A DNA stretch of 64,000 nt from Eledone cirrhosa (lineage: Eukaryota). The notes beneath the pieces are model-generated. The model saw only the letters and a list, made by a program, of their open reading frames with translations. It did not search any database and was not told the origin of the DNA. The stretch covers positions 197,284,001 through 197,348,000 of the forward strand of contig OZ024742.1 of the NCBI GenBank assembly GCA_964016885.1, written 5' to 3'. Numbering within the stretch: the stretch's first letter is position 1; each line of letters starts with the position of its first letter. This document shows, piece by piece, positions 1 to 16,007 of the stretch. Position numbers and translations under genes: made by a program.

Positions 1-149
1 ATCTCAACGTACACCCACTTACATCTCTCTCTCCACCACCGGACCTTGTTACCCGGAGATTTACCCATTTGCATTGTCGAGGCTTCCAAACGACTTAAAT
101 ATATTTACTTATTGTTCCACAATGCTTCAAGCAAATTTCAATACTCTCT

Positions 150-180
<31 letters not shown>

Positions 181-509
181 ATTAAAAAATAGAGGTGTTA
201 CACACGAGTTGTGATATACTAGTAAAAAGGAAAAGAAAATGGTGACAAATTTTATCGAGTGAAAAATAGTTTAATTAGGAATAATTTTGAGATAGAGTGC
301 TCGTGATTTTTGCTCTAATCTGATTAGTTTTGGAAATTCTTCCTGTTTTATGTGAAAAAAGTGGCTTGGGAGGTATTAAGATTTGGTTGGTTGTTGAATG
401 TCACGTGAATAAGCACTATAAATTTCACGCCAATTTGTGTTGCCAAAATTCTTGTAGTCAAAACAATTTTCACTGGGAAAAATTTGTCAGCATTTTCTTT
501 TCCTGTTTA

Positions 510-568
<59 letters not shown>

Positions 569-980
569 AGGGTCCTGGCTCTTTTCCTATTACCCACTCT
601 ACTACCCTAAGTATTGAGTACTCTGGTACGTTATGGTCCACCTGGTATCTTACCACACCCTCTTTGCGGTAATATATATATATATACACACACACATATA
701 ATATTTTCATATTCGTTATTTTTGCAAGAAAATGTGCTATGTTGATGAAATAAGGATTAACTTTTTCACCACCCTCTATATATATATATATGTGTGTGTG
801 TGTGTATGTGTGTATGTGTGTGCGTGCGTGCGTGTGTGTTTGTGTGTGTGTGTGTGTATGTGCGTCTATGTGTGTGTATTGATCCCGAGCAGAATTTGTG
901 GTACTCTATATAAAATCTTTGGTATATATATTTTCATATATATATATATATCCCAACTCGTGTGCCCCTTCTCCACATTT

Positions 981-1050
<70 letters not shown>

Positions 1051-1696
1051 TATATATATATATAATAAATACGCATTTGTACATATACACCACAAGTTTA
1101 ACCGAGACTGCGTGAATATGTATATGAATATACGCATTAGGTGTATAGACATGCAAACATATCCCATTTACTTATTTCCCCTGTAGGTTGTAAGTTGAAA
1201 AAATGATCTACATCTTTAATCGTTTTTTTCAACCCTCAGAGGATATCTACATCACTCCGCCACCTAAAATGGCAGGGACGTACCTAACCGATGGCCTTAT
1301 ATAGCCTTTCAAATATAGCAGTAATCATGTGATGTGGTACTAATTTGCATATTATTCGTGCTTATGTTGGTCGCTAACTATTAGTAATATTTTAAGGCGT
1401 CTGTTCACTGTAACAGCTGTACATACTGCGTTCATTGATATTTCTTTTTTCTAAATTACTTTCAAAATATTGTGAAACTAAACAAATCTGCGATCAGAGA
1501 TATCCTCAAAGTTATCAACAGACATAAATTTCTGTTTCATTAATTTTAAAAGCAACGGAGTTTCCTCTTTGTTGCAGACAACTTCATGCTGTAACTTCAA
1601 TGGATTGCCCAGAGAGTTTCTGAATAATTGAAAAGAGAAAACCAAGACATTACATTGTCTTGCCGGTCCAGTTGCATATATATCAAATAGTTGTTT

Positions 1697-1870
1697 TTAG
1701 TTTTGGCACAAGGCCAGCAATTACCCAGTACATTACTGGTACTTTATTTTATCGACCCCGTAAGGATGAAAGGAAAAGTTAACCTCGACGGGATTTGAAC
1801 TCAGACCGTAAAGGGACGTAACTATGCTGGAAAGCATGGCGTCCGACCCTCTACCGATACTTCCAATTCA
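1697..1870 (-). mobile_element. tRNA-derived SINE with Nin/Deu-type core (short-tail family)
   Basis: Reverse complement carries an A box, the B box GTTCAAATCCC and the core CTTTCATCCTTACGGGGTCGATAAAATAAAGTACCAG shared by many copies in the window. Confidence 0.85.
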
Positions 1871-1890
1871 ATCAAATAGTAATGTGATAT

Positions 1891-2215
1891 AAGGCAGTGA
1901 ATTTGTCAGAGTGGTTAGAGCGTCAGCTAGAATGATTTGCAGTGTTCGTTTCGATTCTCAGTTCTCAGTTCAAATCCCGTTGCAGTCAACTTCCCTTTTC
2001 ATCCTGTCGAGATCGGTAAAAAACTAGTCCAATATTGGGATCAATTCTTTCTCGTTAACCCTTTTTCGTTTCCTCTCTCCCCTTTCCTCATTTCTGGAAA
2101 AAAATAGCTATGTTCAGACCTGGAGAGGGGATGAGCTTCACACTATTTTATATTCCCAACACCATATGTTACTATGGTGCCCTTACGACTCTATCAGGAT
2201 TTAGGGGTACATTCG
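1891..2215 (+). mobile_element. tRNA-derived SINE, long-tail family, diverged
   Basis: AAGGCAGTGAATTTGTCAGAGTGGTTAGAGCG head, GTTCAAATCCC, TTTTCATCC core, 3' part GCTATGTTCAGACCTGGAGAGGG...GGTGCCCTTACGACT. Confidence 0.7.
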
Positions 2216-2384
2216 TACATATCAAAAAGTGATGTGGGACAGTAATTAACCCCTCTGTCTGGTAATGTGGGTACATGCAACTCTTCTATAAAATAACAAT
2301 GAAATTTCATTATAAATAAACGAATTAATGTTTAATATGTGTTTATATTGCATTGACTTTGCCTTTCTTACTTTTAAGGTCAAT

Positions 2385-2577
2385 AAAAATGTCCCAGTCT
2401 AGTACTGGGGTCCATTATTTCTCTATATCTCTTTCTCATTTCCTCTTTGTCACTTTCTGTACTTTTCTGGAAGATATTTGCTATGTTCAGACCTGGAGAG
2501 GGATAGGTTCCGTCATGCTTTAAAAATGTCCCAGAAATGTATATTACTACGGCGCCCCTACATCTGGAGTTACGGGA
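2385..2577 (+). mobile_element. 3' portion of long-tail SINE directly upstream of the CCATA array
   Basis: Matches the reverse complements of the copies at 10725-11149, 26293-26610 and 33598-33903 (CGGCGCCCCTAC...GGAGTTACGGGAC terminus). Confidence 0.75.
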
Positions 2578-5500
2578 CCATACCATACCATACCACACCA
2601 CACCATACCATGCCATACCATACCATGCCACACCATACCATGCCATACCATACCATACCATACCACACCATACCATACCATACCATAAAACACCATAACA
2701 TGCCATACCATACCACACCATACCATACTATGCCACACCATATCATACCACACCATACCACACCATGCCACACCATACCACACCGTATCATACCATGCCA
2801 TACCACACCATACAATACTACACCATACCATACCATGTGATACCACATGATACCATAACACACCATACCGTACCATATCACACCACACCATATCATGCCA
2901 CACCATACCATACCATACCACACCATACAATACCAAACCATGTGATACCACACGATACCACACCACACCATACCATACCATACCATAGCATACCATGCGA
3001 TACCACACCATACCACATGTACCATATCATACCATAACCACACCATACCATACGACACCATACTATACCACACGATACCATACCACACGATATCATACCG
3101 TACCGTACCATATCACACCACACTATAGCACACCATACCATGCCACAACATACCATCCCATACCTTGCCATAGCATAGCATACCATACCATACCACACAA
3201 TATCATACCATAACCACACCATACCATACCATACCATACCACACTATACCAGAATATACCATACCATACCATACCAACCATACCATACCATGCCACAGCA
3301 TACCATACCATACCATACCACACCATACCATACAATACCACACCATACCATGTCATACATTACCATACCATACCACACCATACCATAACTACACCACATT
3401 ATACCATACCATACCATGCCATACCATACCATACCATAACCACACCACATTATACCATACCATACCATACCATACCATACCACACTATACCATAATATAC
3501 CATACCATACCATACCAACCATACCATACCATGCCACAACATACCATACCATACCACACCATACCATACAATACCACACCATACCATGTCATACCATACC
3601 ATACCATACCATACCATACCATAACTACAACACATTATACCATACCATAGCATGCCATACCACACCATACCATAACCACACCACATTATACCATACCATA
3701 CCATACCATACCACACCACATTATATCACACCATACCACACCATACCATACCATGCCATACCACACCATACAATACCACAACATACCATAACCACACCAC
3801 ACTATACCACACCATACCACACCATACCGTACCACACCATACCATAACCACACCACATTAAACCATACCATACCACACCACATTAAACCATACCATACCA
3901 CACCACATTAAACCATACCATACCACACCACATTATACCATACCATAACATACCACACCACATTAAACCATACCATATCACACCACACCACATTAAACAA
4001 TACCATACCATACCACATTAAACCATACCATACCACATTAAACCATACCATACCATACCACACCACATTAAACCATACCATACCACACCACATTAAACCA
4101 TACCAAACCATACCACACCACATTATACCATACCATACCACACCACATTATACCATACCATAACTTACCATACCACATTAAACAATACCATACCACACCA
4201 CATTATACCATACCATACCACACCACATTAAACCATACCACACCACATTATACCATACCAGACCACACCACATTAAACCATACCATAACTTACCACACCA
4301 CATTAAACCATACCATACCATACCACACCACATTATACCATACCATAACTTACCATACCACATTAAACTATACCATACCATACCACACCACATTAAACCA
4401 TACCATACCATACCACACCACATTAAACCATACAATACCACACCACATTAAACCATACCATACCACACCACATTATACCATACCATACCACACCACATTA
4501 AACCATACCATACCACACCATATTATACCATACCATACCACACCACATTAAACCATACCATACCACACCACATTATACCATACCATACCATACCACACCA
4601 CATTAAGCCATACCATACCACACCACATTAAACCATACCATACCACACCACATTAAACCATACCATACCACACCACATTAAACCATACCATACCACACCA
4701 CATTATACCATACCATACGATACCACACCACATTAAACCATACCATAACTTACCACACCATATTAAACCATACCATACCACAACACATTAAACCATACCA
4801 TACCACACCACATTATACCATACCATACCACACCACATTAAACCATACCATACCACACCACATTAAACCCTACCATATAACACCACATTATACCATACCA
4901 TACCATACCACACCACATTATACCATACCATACCACACCACATTAAACCATACCATAACTTACCACACCACATTAAACCATACCATACCATATCACACCA
5001 CATTAAACCATACCATACCATACCACACCACATTAAACCATACCATACCATACCACACCACATTAAACCATACCATACCATACCATACCACACCACATTA
5101 AACCATACCATAACTTACCATACCACATTAAACCATACCATACCATACCACACCACATTAAACCATACCATACCATAACTTACCATACCACATTAAACCA
5201 TACGATACCATACCATACCACATTAAACCATACCATAACTTACCATACCACATTAAACCATACCATACCATACCACATTAAACCATACCATAACTTACCA
5301 TACCACATTAAACCATACCATACCATAACTTACCATACCACATTAAACCATACCATACCATACTATACCACACCACATTAAACCATACCATACCATACCA
5401 TATCACACAACATTAAACCATACCATACCACACCACATTAAACCATACCATACCATACCATACCACACCACATTAAACCATACCATACCATACCATACCA

Positions 5501-6402
5501 TATCACACCACATTAAACCATACCATACCACACCACATTAAACCATACCATACCATATCACACCACTTTAAACCATACCATACCACACCACATTAAACCA
5601 TACCATACCACACCACATTAAACGATACCATACCACACAACATTAACCCATACCATACCATACCACACCACATTAAACCATACCATACCATACCACACCA
5701 CATTAAACCATACCATACCACACCACATTAAACCATACCATACCATCCCACACCACATTAAACCATACCGTACCACATTAAACCATACCATACCACACCA
5801 CTTTAAACCATACCATACCATATCACGCCACATTAAACCATACCATACCATACCATACCACATTAAACCATACCATACCACATTAAACCATACCATACCA
5901 TACCACATTAAACCATACCATACCATACCACATTAAACCATACCATACCATACCATACCGTACCACATTAAACCATACCATACCTCACCACATTAAACCA
6001 TACCATACCACACCACATTAAACCATACCATACCATACCATACGACACCACATTAAACCATACCATACCATACCATACCACACCACACCACATTAAACCA
6101 TACCGTACGACATTAAACCATACCATACCATACCACACCACTTTAAACCATACCATACCATATCACGCCACATTAAACCATACCATACCACATTAAACCA
6201 TACCATACCATACCACTTTAAACCATACCATACCATACCACATCACATTAAACCATACCATAACTTACCATACCACATTAAACCATACCATACCATACCA
6301 CACCACATTAAACCATACCATAACTTACCATACCACATTAAACCATACCATACCATACCACGCCACATTAAACCATACCATACCATAATTTACCATACCA
6401 TA
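2578..6402. repeat. ~3.8-kb pentameric satellite (CCATA/CCACA)n with CATTA-AA variant units
   Basis: Direct reading. ORFs across it (VWYGM/PYHT repeats) are artefacts. Confidence 0.97.
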
Positions 6403-6434
6403 CTCATATCTGTATTGATGTCCACCGGAATCAA

Positions 6435-6600
6435 TGTTGTTGACGATGATGTTGTATCGTTTAGCTGATAGTCAGTCTTAATTGAGAAGAGCTATGATTG
6501 AAAGAGTTAATCCCTTCTTTTTTTAAGAGCATATGACATACTTTGATGATGACTTAGCTGTTATTTCTTGTAAGACAACTAAAAACTCCTTCAGCGGTTT
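6435..6600 (-). mobile_element. Diverged copy of the (AAC)n-tailed retroposon family
   Basis: GTTGTTGACGATGATGTTG tail followed by TTTAGCTG...CTATGAT...GCTGTTATTTCT, similar to 15593-15780 and 37025-37215. Confidence 0.5.
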
Positions 6601-6859
6601 AACTGTATTAAATATGTGATGTGGTGGGATTCCCCAAGGCAATACCTTTGATACTATGTCTCTCAAAGTTATGTTACGTGACACACTAAACCGTCTTTCA
6701 AGGAATATTTAGTGACAAGTCATGTAAAGACTTCGAAATATGTAGTTTACGTTGGCCGTTTTTTCTTTTTGTTATAATTTGGTGTTGCTTTTATTATTTG
6801 TATTATTTGCCGCTTTACTTGAAAGGTTTCATGTATAGCATATGTTTGCTTGTATACGT

Positions 6860-6971
6860 TGATACATATATATATATATATATATACATATATTTATATA
6901 TATATGTGTGTGTGTATACATATACATATGTGAATATGTGTATAATTATTTACAAATATGCCCACATACAT

Positions 6972-7051
<80 letters not shown>

Positions 7052-7113
7052 AGATATACATATACATATGAGAGTATATATGTGTGTATATATTTATATA
7101 TATGCACACATAC

Positions 7114-7183
<70 letters not shown>

Positions 7184-7255
7184 ATGTGTGTATGTGTGTG
7201 TGTGTGTATCTATGTGTGTATGTGTGTGTATTTATTCGTACATATTTATACATAC
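6860..7255. repeat. Compound (TA)n/(TG)n microsatellite
   Basis: Direct reading. Confidence 0.95.
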
Positions 7256-7599
7256 AGGCGCCGCGCGTGCGTTGTGTATTTTTTTTTACCTTACAAATAT
7301 TGTTTCACCAGTCAAGTTCTGTTGTATTTGACAGGTAAACTATGCCCTGAAGAGGTTGTGATCTCCCTTTCTCAATAACAGTGTAATGATGATGTTGTCC
7401 TCTCGTCTTCTTATCATCACCCTTACAATCATATTACTCATTGAAATGTTTCATATTTATCGTCAAGTCAACTTTCAAGTAATACTACATTCCACCATTT
7501 TATCACGCAGTTGTAATGCAACTAATATAAATTATGTCTACATTACTGGGCCAGTTTAAAACATCACTAAATCTTACATACATATTTACACCCTACCAC

Positions 7600-9250
<1,651 letters not shown>

Positions 9251-9369
9251 TGTAGTTAGATATACAACACAAACAAACACACTTAAATGTTATTCTTAAA
9301 CTCAATAAGTTGATTTCCATGTTTTGAATGTTGAGAGAAATATATTAATGACAATATTAGAACAACATA

Positions 9370-10306
9370 AGGGCGGTGGATTGGCAGAATCGGTAGAGCG
9401 TCAGATAATCTGTTTTGTGGCATATAGTTACGGCCCTTTACGTTCTGGGTTCATATTCCACCGGAAAAAAAATCCTGCCAAACCAATAGGTGGCAGTAGT
9501 TGCAACTGCACGCATAGAAAGACTGGTGTATGGGTTCTGAGAACAATGTGGCTTTGCAGATGATCAATGCAAATTGACAATGGAAAGGGGCTCCCACTCC
9601 AGTTAGAAGAGAACTATTGACCTTGAGGAGAAGCAGCGATCCCTGATTGTATTCAACAACCGAAACAAATATGAAGTACACCAAATCCAATGCTCCTAGG
9701 GGCGGCCCTGGTTCTTCTCATTTGCGAGTGTAAACTAGGCCAGATTAGATTAGATTAGATTAGCCTTTGCCTTTCATCCTTAAGAGATCGATAAAATAAA
9801 GTACCGGTAATGCACAGGGGTCGATTTAATCTACTTTTCCCTTTCCCTTAAATCGCTGGCGTTGTGCTAAATCTAGAAACAATTATTATTAGAACATTGG
9901 ATTGGCAGTATCGGTAGAGGGTCGGACGCCATGATTTCCAGCATAGTTACGTCCCTTTACGAGCTGAGTTCAAATCCCGCCGAGGTTGACTTTGCCTTTC
10001 ATCCTTACGGGGTCGATAAAATAAAGTACCAGTTATGCACTGGGTGATTGCTGGCCTTGTGCCTAAAGTAGAAACAATTATTATTAGAACGGTGGATTGG
10101 CAGTATTGGTAGAGCGTCGGACAGCGTGCTTTGCGGTATATAGTTACGGACTTTATGTCCCAGGTTCAAATCCCGCCGAGGTTAGCTTTGTCTTTCATCC
10201 TTACGAGGACAATAAAATAAAGTATCAGTAACGAAGAGGACTCAATTTAATCGACTTTCACTTCCCATTCAAATTGCTGCCCTTGTGCCAAATGTAGGAA
10301 CAATAT
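9370..10306 (+). mobile_element. Three head-to-tail Nin/Deu-core SINEs; the first is interrupted by a ~300-bp insert (~9463-9763)
   Basis: GGATTGGCAG heads at about 9378, 9899 and 10094, each followed by the TTTCATCCTT...ATAAAATAAAGTA core and a GTGC...AGAAACAATTATT-type tail. Confidence 0.85.
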
Positions 10307-10581
10307 TAGAATAGCATGAAGTAGTAAGATGATAGCTGACAGTGAAGGTGATAGACGGCGGAGACCCTTATTTTTCACTAACTCAGTCTATAAGGAACAT
10401 GACACAGCTCAAAGCAGCAACGTATAGTGCCTCACTTCTATACTGCTCTATTACATATCCGGTTCTATCAAGCCAATCTCCAAAGTGGCTGACTGAGTAC
10501 GCGAGTGTGGTTTTTCCCCCTTTTTTTCTCATTTTTCCGTGTTTCTTCCTTTTTGTATTTTATCTTTTATTTCTAACTCTA

Positions 10582-10617
10582 TCTTCTGATGAAGGACTAG
10601 TGTCCGAAATGTTAAGA
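10582..10617 (+). ncRNA. Minimal type I hammerhead ribozyme (PLE-type)
   Basis: TCTT-CTGATGA-A-GGAC-TAGT-GTCC-GAAA-TGTT-AAGA: stem I TCTT/AAGA, core CUGAUGA, stem II GGAC/GTCC, GAAA. Confidence 0.7.
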
Positions 10618-10724
10618 CTCTTTTCCTTCTTTTCAAGCCTTAAACTAATATATTTCTTCAATACGCTGTGTCGTTTCCTTTGTTATTTATGTTTACTTTT
10701 TACATACAACTACAGTATGTATTG

Positions 10725-10882
10725 TTTGGACTCGTAACTCCTGATGGAGTTGTAGGGGCGCCGCAGTGTCATACAGTGTGTCTAGTGCATTTTAAAAACC
10801 TGGTGGAGCCTGTCTTCTATCCTGTCTCTGGCGGAGCCTGTCTTCTAGCCTGTCTCTTCGAGAGAGAGAATGAGAGAGGGAG

Positions 10883-10951
<69 letters not shown>

Positions 10952-11149
10952 ACAGGAGAGGAAGCGAGAAAGAAATATAAAGGAAGGATCGACCCCTATA
11001 CTGAACCGGTGCTTTATTTTTAGACCTCGAAAGAATAAAAGGCCAAGTTGACCTCGAAGGGATTTGAATTCAGAACGTGCATAAAGTCGGCACGGATACA
11101 GCAAGGCATTCTCTCCGACCCTTTAACCATTCTGCCAATACGCCACCTT
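10725..11149 (-). mobile_element. Long-tail SINE with internal (GA)n
   Basis: tRNA-like head at 11149, AAGTTGACCTCG..GGGATTTGAA core, GTAGGGGCGCCG tail. Confidence 0.75.
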
Positions 11150-11179
11150 CATCTACAGTAGATGCTGCTTATTATATTG

Positions 11180-11350
11180 CAGCATAGAGTTACGGCCCTT
11201 TGCGGTCTGAGTTCAAATAGCGCCGAGGTTAACTTTGCCTTTCATCCTTACGGAGTCGATAAAATAAAGCACCAGTAACCTACTGGGGTCGATTTAATCG
11301 ACTTTCCCCTCCCCCCAAATTACTGGCCTTGTGCCTATACTAGAAATCAT
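11180..11350 (+). mobile_element. 5'-truncated Nin/Deu-core SINE
   Basis: GAGTTCAAAT..CGCCGAGGTTAACTTTGCCTTTCATCCTTACGG. Confidence 0.8.
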
Positions 11351-11504
11351 TATAATTTCGGATAATGTTACTGGTCTCCAAACACAGGATATTGCTTGTA
11401 TAATCTGGTTAGTGTTCATAGTTCTCAAACTGATCCCAATAAGCGGCTTTCACTGTATCTTTGTATTTCTATCAATATCGATTTAAGATAAGCATTAAAC
11501 GATA

Positions 11505-11705
11505 TTGGTTTCTGATTTGGGTACAAGGCTAATAATTTGGGGGGAGGGGAAAGTTGATTAAACCAACCCCAGTGTATTACTGGTACTTTATTTTATCGAC
11601 CCCGTAAGGATGAAAGGCAAAGCTAACCTCGACAGGATTTGAACTTAGATCGCAAAGGGACGTAACACTATTCCATAAAGCATGTTGTTCGAGGCTCCAC
11701 CGATT
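11505..11705 (-). mobile_element. Nin/Deu-core SINE
   Basis: CTGGTACTTTATTTTATCGACCCCGTAAGGATGAAAGGC. Confidence 0.8.
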
Positions 11706-11763
11706 ACCGTTCAGTTTTACTCCACGGATTGTTCAAATGAAAACTGCAAAAGAGATAAATAAC

Positions 11764-11947
11764 TGTTTCTACTTTTGGCACAAGGCCAGCAATTTCTCAG
11801 TGTATTACTGGTACTTTATTTTATCGACCCCCGTAAGGATGAAAGGCAAAGTTAACCTCGGCGGGATTTGAACTCAGAATGGCAAGGGCCGTAACTCTAT
11901 GCGTCAAAGCATGGCGTCCGACCCTCTACCGATACTGCCAATTCACC
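11764..11947 (-). mobile_element. Young Nin/Deu-core SINE with TSD
   Basis: Flanked by direct repeat GCAAAAGAGATAAATAAC (11746-11763 and 11948-11965). Confidence 0.9.
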
Positions 11948-12191
11948 GCAAAAGAGATAAATAACAGAACCTAGTTAGAGACGGCGGGTTACATTAATAT
12001 TAACAAGGGCAGCGTAGAAAATAGAAATAGTATTAGCAACAGAAGATGACAGAGAGGAAGAAGAATTTATCATAAAAATAAAACATAACCAAAAATAAAT
12101 AGAGAAGAAAGAAGTGAAGGAAATTTAGGGAGAGGCGGAAAGAAAGAAAAATATAAGAAATGAAGCAAAATACAAAATACATAATTGAAGT

Positions 12192-12194
<3 letters not shown>

Positions 12195-12228
<34 letters not shown>

Positions 12229-12253
12229 TAAATGAAAAGTATAGAAATTGTTA

Positions 12254-12303
<50 letters not shown>

Positions 12304-12304
12304 A

Positions 12305-12343
<39 letters not shown>

Positions 12344-12353
12344 TGTGTGTATA

Positions 12354-12427
<74 letters not shown>

Positions 12428-12514
12428 AATAAATATATATATACAAATATGTGTGTGTGTGTGTGTGTGTATTGATATATATATGTATACATATAATTAT
12501 ATATATATATATAT

Positions 12515-12599
<85 letters not shown>

Positions 12600-12745
12600 C
12601 ATATGTGTGTGTGTATATTGATATATATATGTATACATATAATTATATATATATATTATATATTATATATATATATATATTCATATATATATTCATATAT
12701 ACATATATGTATATGTATATATATAATTATATAAATATATACATA
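12195..12745. repeat. (TA)n-rich compound microsatellite
   Basis: Direct reading. Confidence 0.95.
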
Positions 12746-13083
12746 ATTATAGGAAGTAAACCCAGAAAAATACAGAGAAAGGAATTTTTAAGAATGAGAA
12801 AAAAAATTCAAAATGTCTGAAAGCGGGGGATAGATGATAAAAATATGTTCAACTTTGATGACTTATCGATAAACCTGAAAACCAGTTATAGATTTTACGA
12901 AAATTATTTATTTTATTTATTTTCGACGGGAAGATGTAATATTTATAAGCTCAATGGGTTTCTTAAGCTGGTATGTTTAATGACTGCGGAAGTAGGTATA
13001 AATAGACATCATACTTTCTAGATGGAAACTGTAAGAAGAGACATGTGTTATAAAAATGAAAAAAAAAAAGGTCTGTGTATATA

Positions 13084-13205
<122 letters not shown>

Positions 13206-13489
13206 CATACATATATATATATATATATTAGCACACACATACATACATAAACACACATATAGAGAGACAGAATTTTTACATCATATTCATATATTTATAT
13301 ATTTATAATCCTGTTTATATGCTTACACGACTATGACACGTAATTTCTGCAGACACTTTAAGTACTGCTTGTTGAGCTAATTGCAGAAATATATCATAGC
13401 TATTTTAGAAAGCTAGACTTTCATATATGCAACACTAGAAAATGGTTATATTTTCCATGATTTATTTTGTATTATTTATAGGTAAAAGA

Positions 13490-13635
13490 GCGGTGGTTTA
13501 GCAGAGTCGGTAGAGCAACGTCAAATGCAGTATTTGCTCCGATTCTACGTTCAATGTTAAAATCCCGCCGAGGTTAACTTTGCCCTTGATCCTTTCGGGG
13601 TTGAAAAAATAAAGTACCAGTGAAGTACAGCAAGT
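13490..13635 (+). mobile_element. Nin/Deu-core SINE (3'-truncated)
   Basis: GCGGTGGTTTAGCAGAGTCGGTAGAGC...AAATCCCGCCGAGGTTAACTTTGCC. Confidence 0.75.
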
Positions 13636-13751
13636 CCCCGACTTAGAAACGAGTTCGTTAGTTGATTTGTTCGTAAGTTGATCCTCTAACACAATACGTA
13701 CCAGTAAGCCCATATATGTGTGTTACATTGATACTGCAGGTTTCCATATGT

Positions 13752-13786
<35 letters not shown>

Positions 13787-13794
<8 letters not shown>

Positions 13795-13920
13795 TCTTTA
13801 ATAATATATATAATTTTTCTTTAATAATATATATAATTTTTCTTTAATAATATATATAATTTTTCTTTAATAATATATATAATTTTTCTTTAATAATATA
13901 TATAATTTTTCTTTAATAAT
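13787..13920. repeat. 23-bp tandem repeat AATTTTTCTTTAATAATATATAT (~6 copies)
   Basis: Direct reading. Confidence 0.9.
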
Positions 13921-13979
13921 TTATTGTCATTAGCGTTCTACTATTTAAATTTATTATTACATGTTATATATACTGGATA

Positions 13980-14074
<95 letters not shown>

Positions 14075-14076
<2 letters not shown>

Positions 14077-14247
14077 AAGGCGGGTAAAATTCCCGAGATC
14101 CATGGACGAGTTCTCTCCAGCGGTCTCTGTCCCTCATTATCGCTGCCATATCCTGCATCTCCAGCAGACCAGTGTCTGTCCTTAGGGCATCAACATATGT
14201 TAACCTTGGTCTTCCTCTTCTAGTGTGTCCATGTAGGGGCTCCCAAA

Positions 14248-14250
<3 letters not shown>
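14075..14250 (-). mobile_element. 3' end of RTE/RTEX-like LINE (ORF C-terminus)
   Basis: Minus strand translates LWEPLHGHTRRGRPRLTYVDALRTDTG...MRDRDRWRELV..*, the W.P..G.R.RGRP...DR..WR motif of RTE-group C-termini; embedded in (TA)n. Confidence 0.8.
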
Positions 14251-14299
<49 letters not shown>

Positions 14300-14358
14300 A
14301 GTATATATAACATGTAATAATACATTTAAATACTATAACATTTAAATACTATAACAAA

Positions 14359-14446
<88 letters not shown>

Positions 14447-15031
14447 AGTATATATAACATGTAATAATAAATTTAAATACTATAACGCTAATGACAATAA
14501 ATTATTAAAGAAAAATTTTACTTTTTCAATTCTGCGAAAACAATGGTATGACATACCGTAGGTACGATTTCGGCATGTTTTTATGCTGCAAAAGAAGGAA
14601 CCTTTTTTATGCTGCAAAAGAAAGAGCCCACAAAAAACGCGAATTTCAAACACAGACACTTTTTTCTTTCTTCGTATACTGTTCGTATCTGCGTCAGTAG
14701 TTCGAAAGTAAGATGTTCCTAAGGTGGGGACTTACTGTTCTGGCGTCGATATAATCGATTTTCCCCTTCCTTCAAAATCGTTGGCTTTCTGCCAATGTTA
14801 AAAACAACGATTTATAGCCAAAATAATTAATCCTAAACTATATATATACAGCTTTTCGGTGGTTTGCTCAAAGCTGTCATCGTATAAACTTGGCTCAGTA
14901 TTATGCAATTTCACCCTTATGCACGAAATTGCATTCCCCAGTGTGTGGCTGGTGAGAAAGTGGCAGGCGGGAAAGTGGCAGGCGTTTGTTCATTCGACCC
15001 ACGTGTTACATTTTATATTCGTGTGCAATTT

Positions 15032-15079
<48 letters not shown>

Positions 15080-15081
15080 TG

Positions 15082-15112
<31 letters not shown>

Positions 15113-15222
15113 GTTATATACATCGAGAAGGAGAGACGTGTGTATATACACCCAGATGTACGTACAAATATATAAATATATGTGTGTGTCTGTATGTATG
15201 TATATGTATATATATATATATT

Positions 15223-15368
<146 letters not shown>

Positions 15369-15592
15369 CGCGTATGTGTGTAGACTTTATAAAAATTCTA
15401 TGTTAATATTTTCTCAACCCCATCAAGATGGTATTCTGCTAATAATACATAAGTCAAATGAACACCTGAGGCAATCCGTTTATTTTATATGTTCTGCCCT
15501 TCTGAATGATACAACATGGACAAGTCTAGACGTCAATATATGTTGTTTTTACAAGTGAATAGTTTACATCTGCTAAAACATAAAGGCTCCCC

Positions 15593-15780
15593 ATTGTTGT
15601 TGTTGTTCTTTTAGTTCTGTTTAGCTCTGATCAAGCAAACTTATGATAAAAAGCATTCCAGTTGTGAGCCTTTGGTTTTTATTGAGATGTAGTTTATAGA
15701 TAATGTGATGATATTTCAGGAAGCTTTGGTTTTTATTTCTAGCACGTCGAATGACTATGTAAGAGACACCCTTGCCGGTT
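15593..15780 (-). mobile_element. (AAC)n-tailed retroposon copy
   Basis: TTGTTGTTGTTG tail then TTAG...CTGATCAAGCAAACTTATGATAAAAAGCATTCC...ATTTCTAGCA. Confidence 0.55.
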
Positions 15781-15874
15781 CGATAAACATAAGTTGTATT
15801 TAGAAGAAGAATAAAAAAAATGTAAATATTCTACCATATCTCTCCAAACCAGTTTATTGTTTTCTCTATACGTA

Positions 15875-15912
15875 CCTTCTGATGAAGGACTAACATTCGA
15901 AGTGTTTAAACT
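15875..15912 (+). ncRNA. Degenerate hammerhead, same family as 10582
   Basis: CCTTCTGATGAAGGACTAACATTCGAAGTGTTTAAACTC aligns to 10582-10620, but stem II and GAAA are mutated. Confidence 0.4.
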
Positions 15913-16007
15913 CTTTTCTAAATCTTATAAGTGTTATAATAATATGTTATTATTGTAATATATATAATATATATAATATATATAATATATATAATATATA
16001 TAAAAGG

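Noticed and set aside
2380-6156. VWYGM / PYHT ORFs
   Set aside because: Translations of the pentamer satellite
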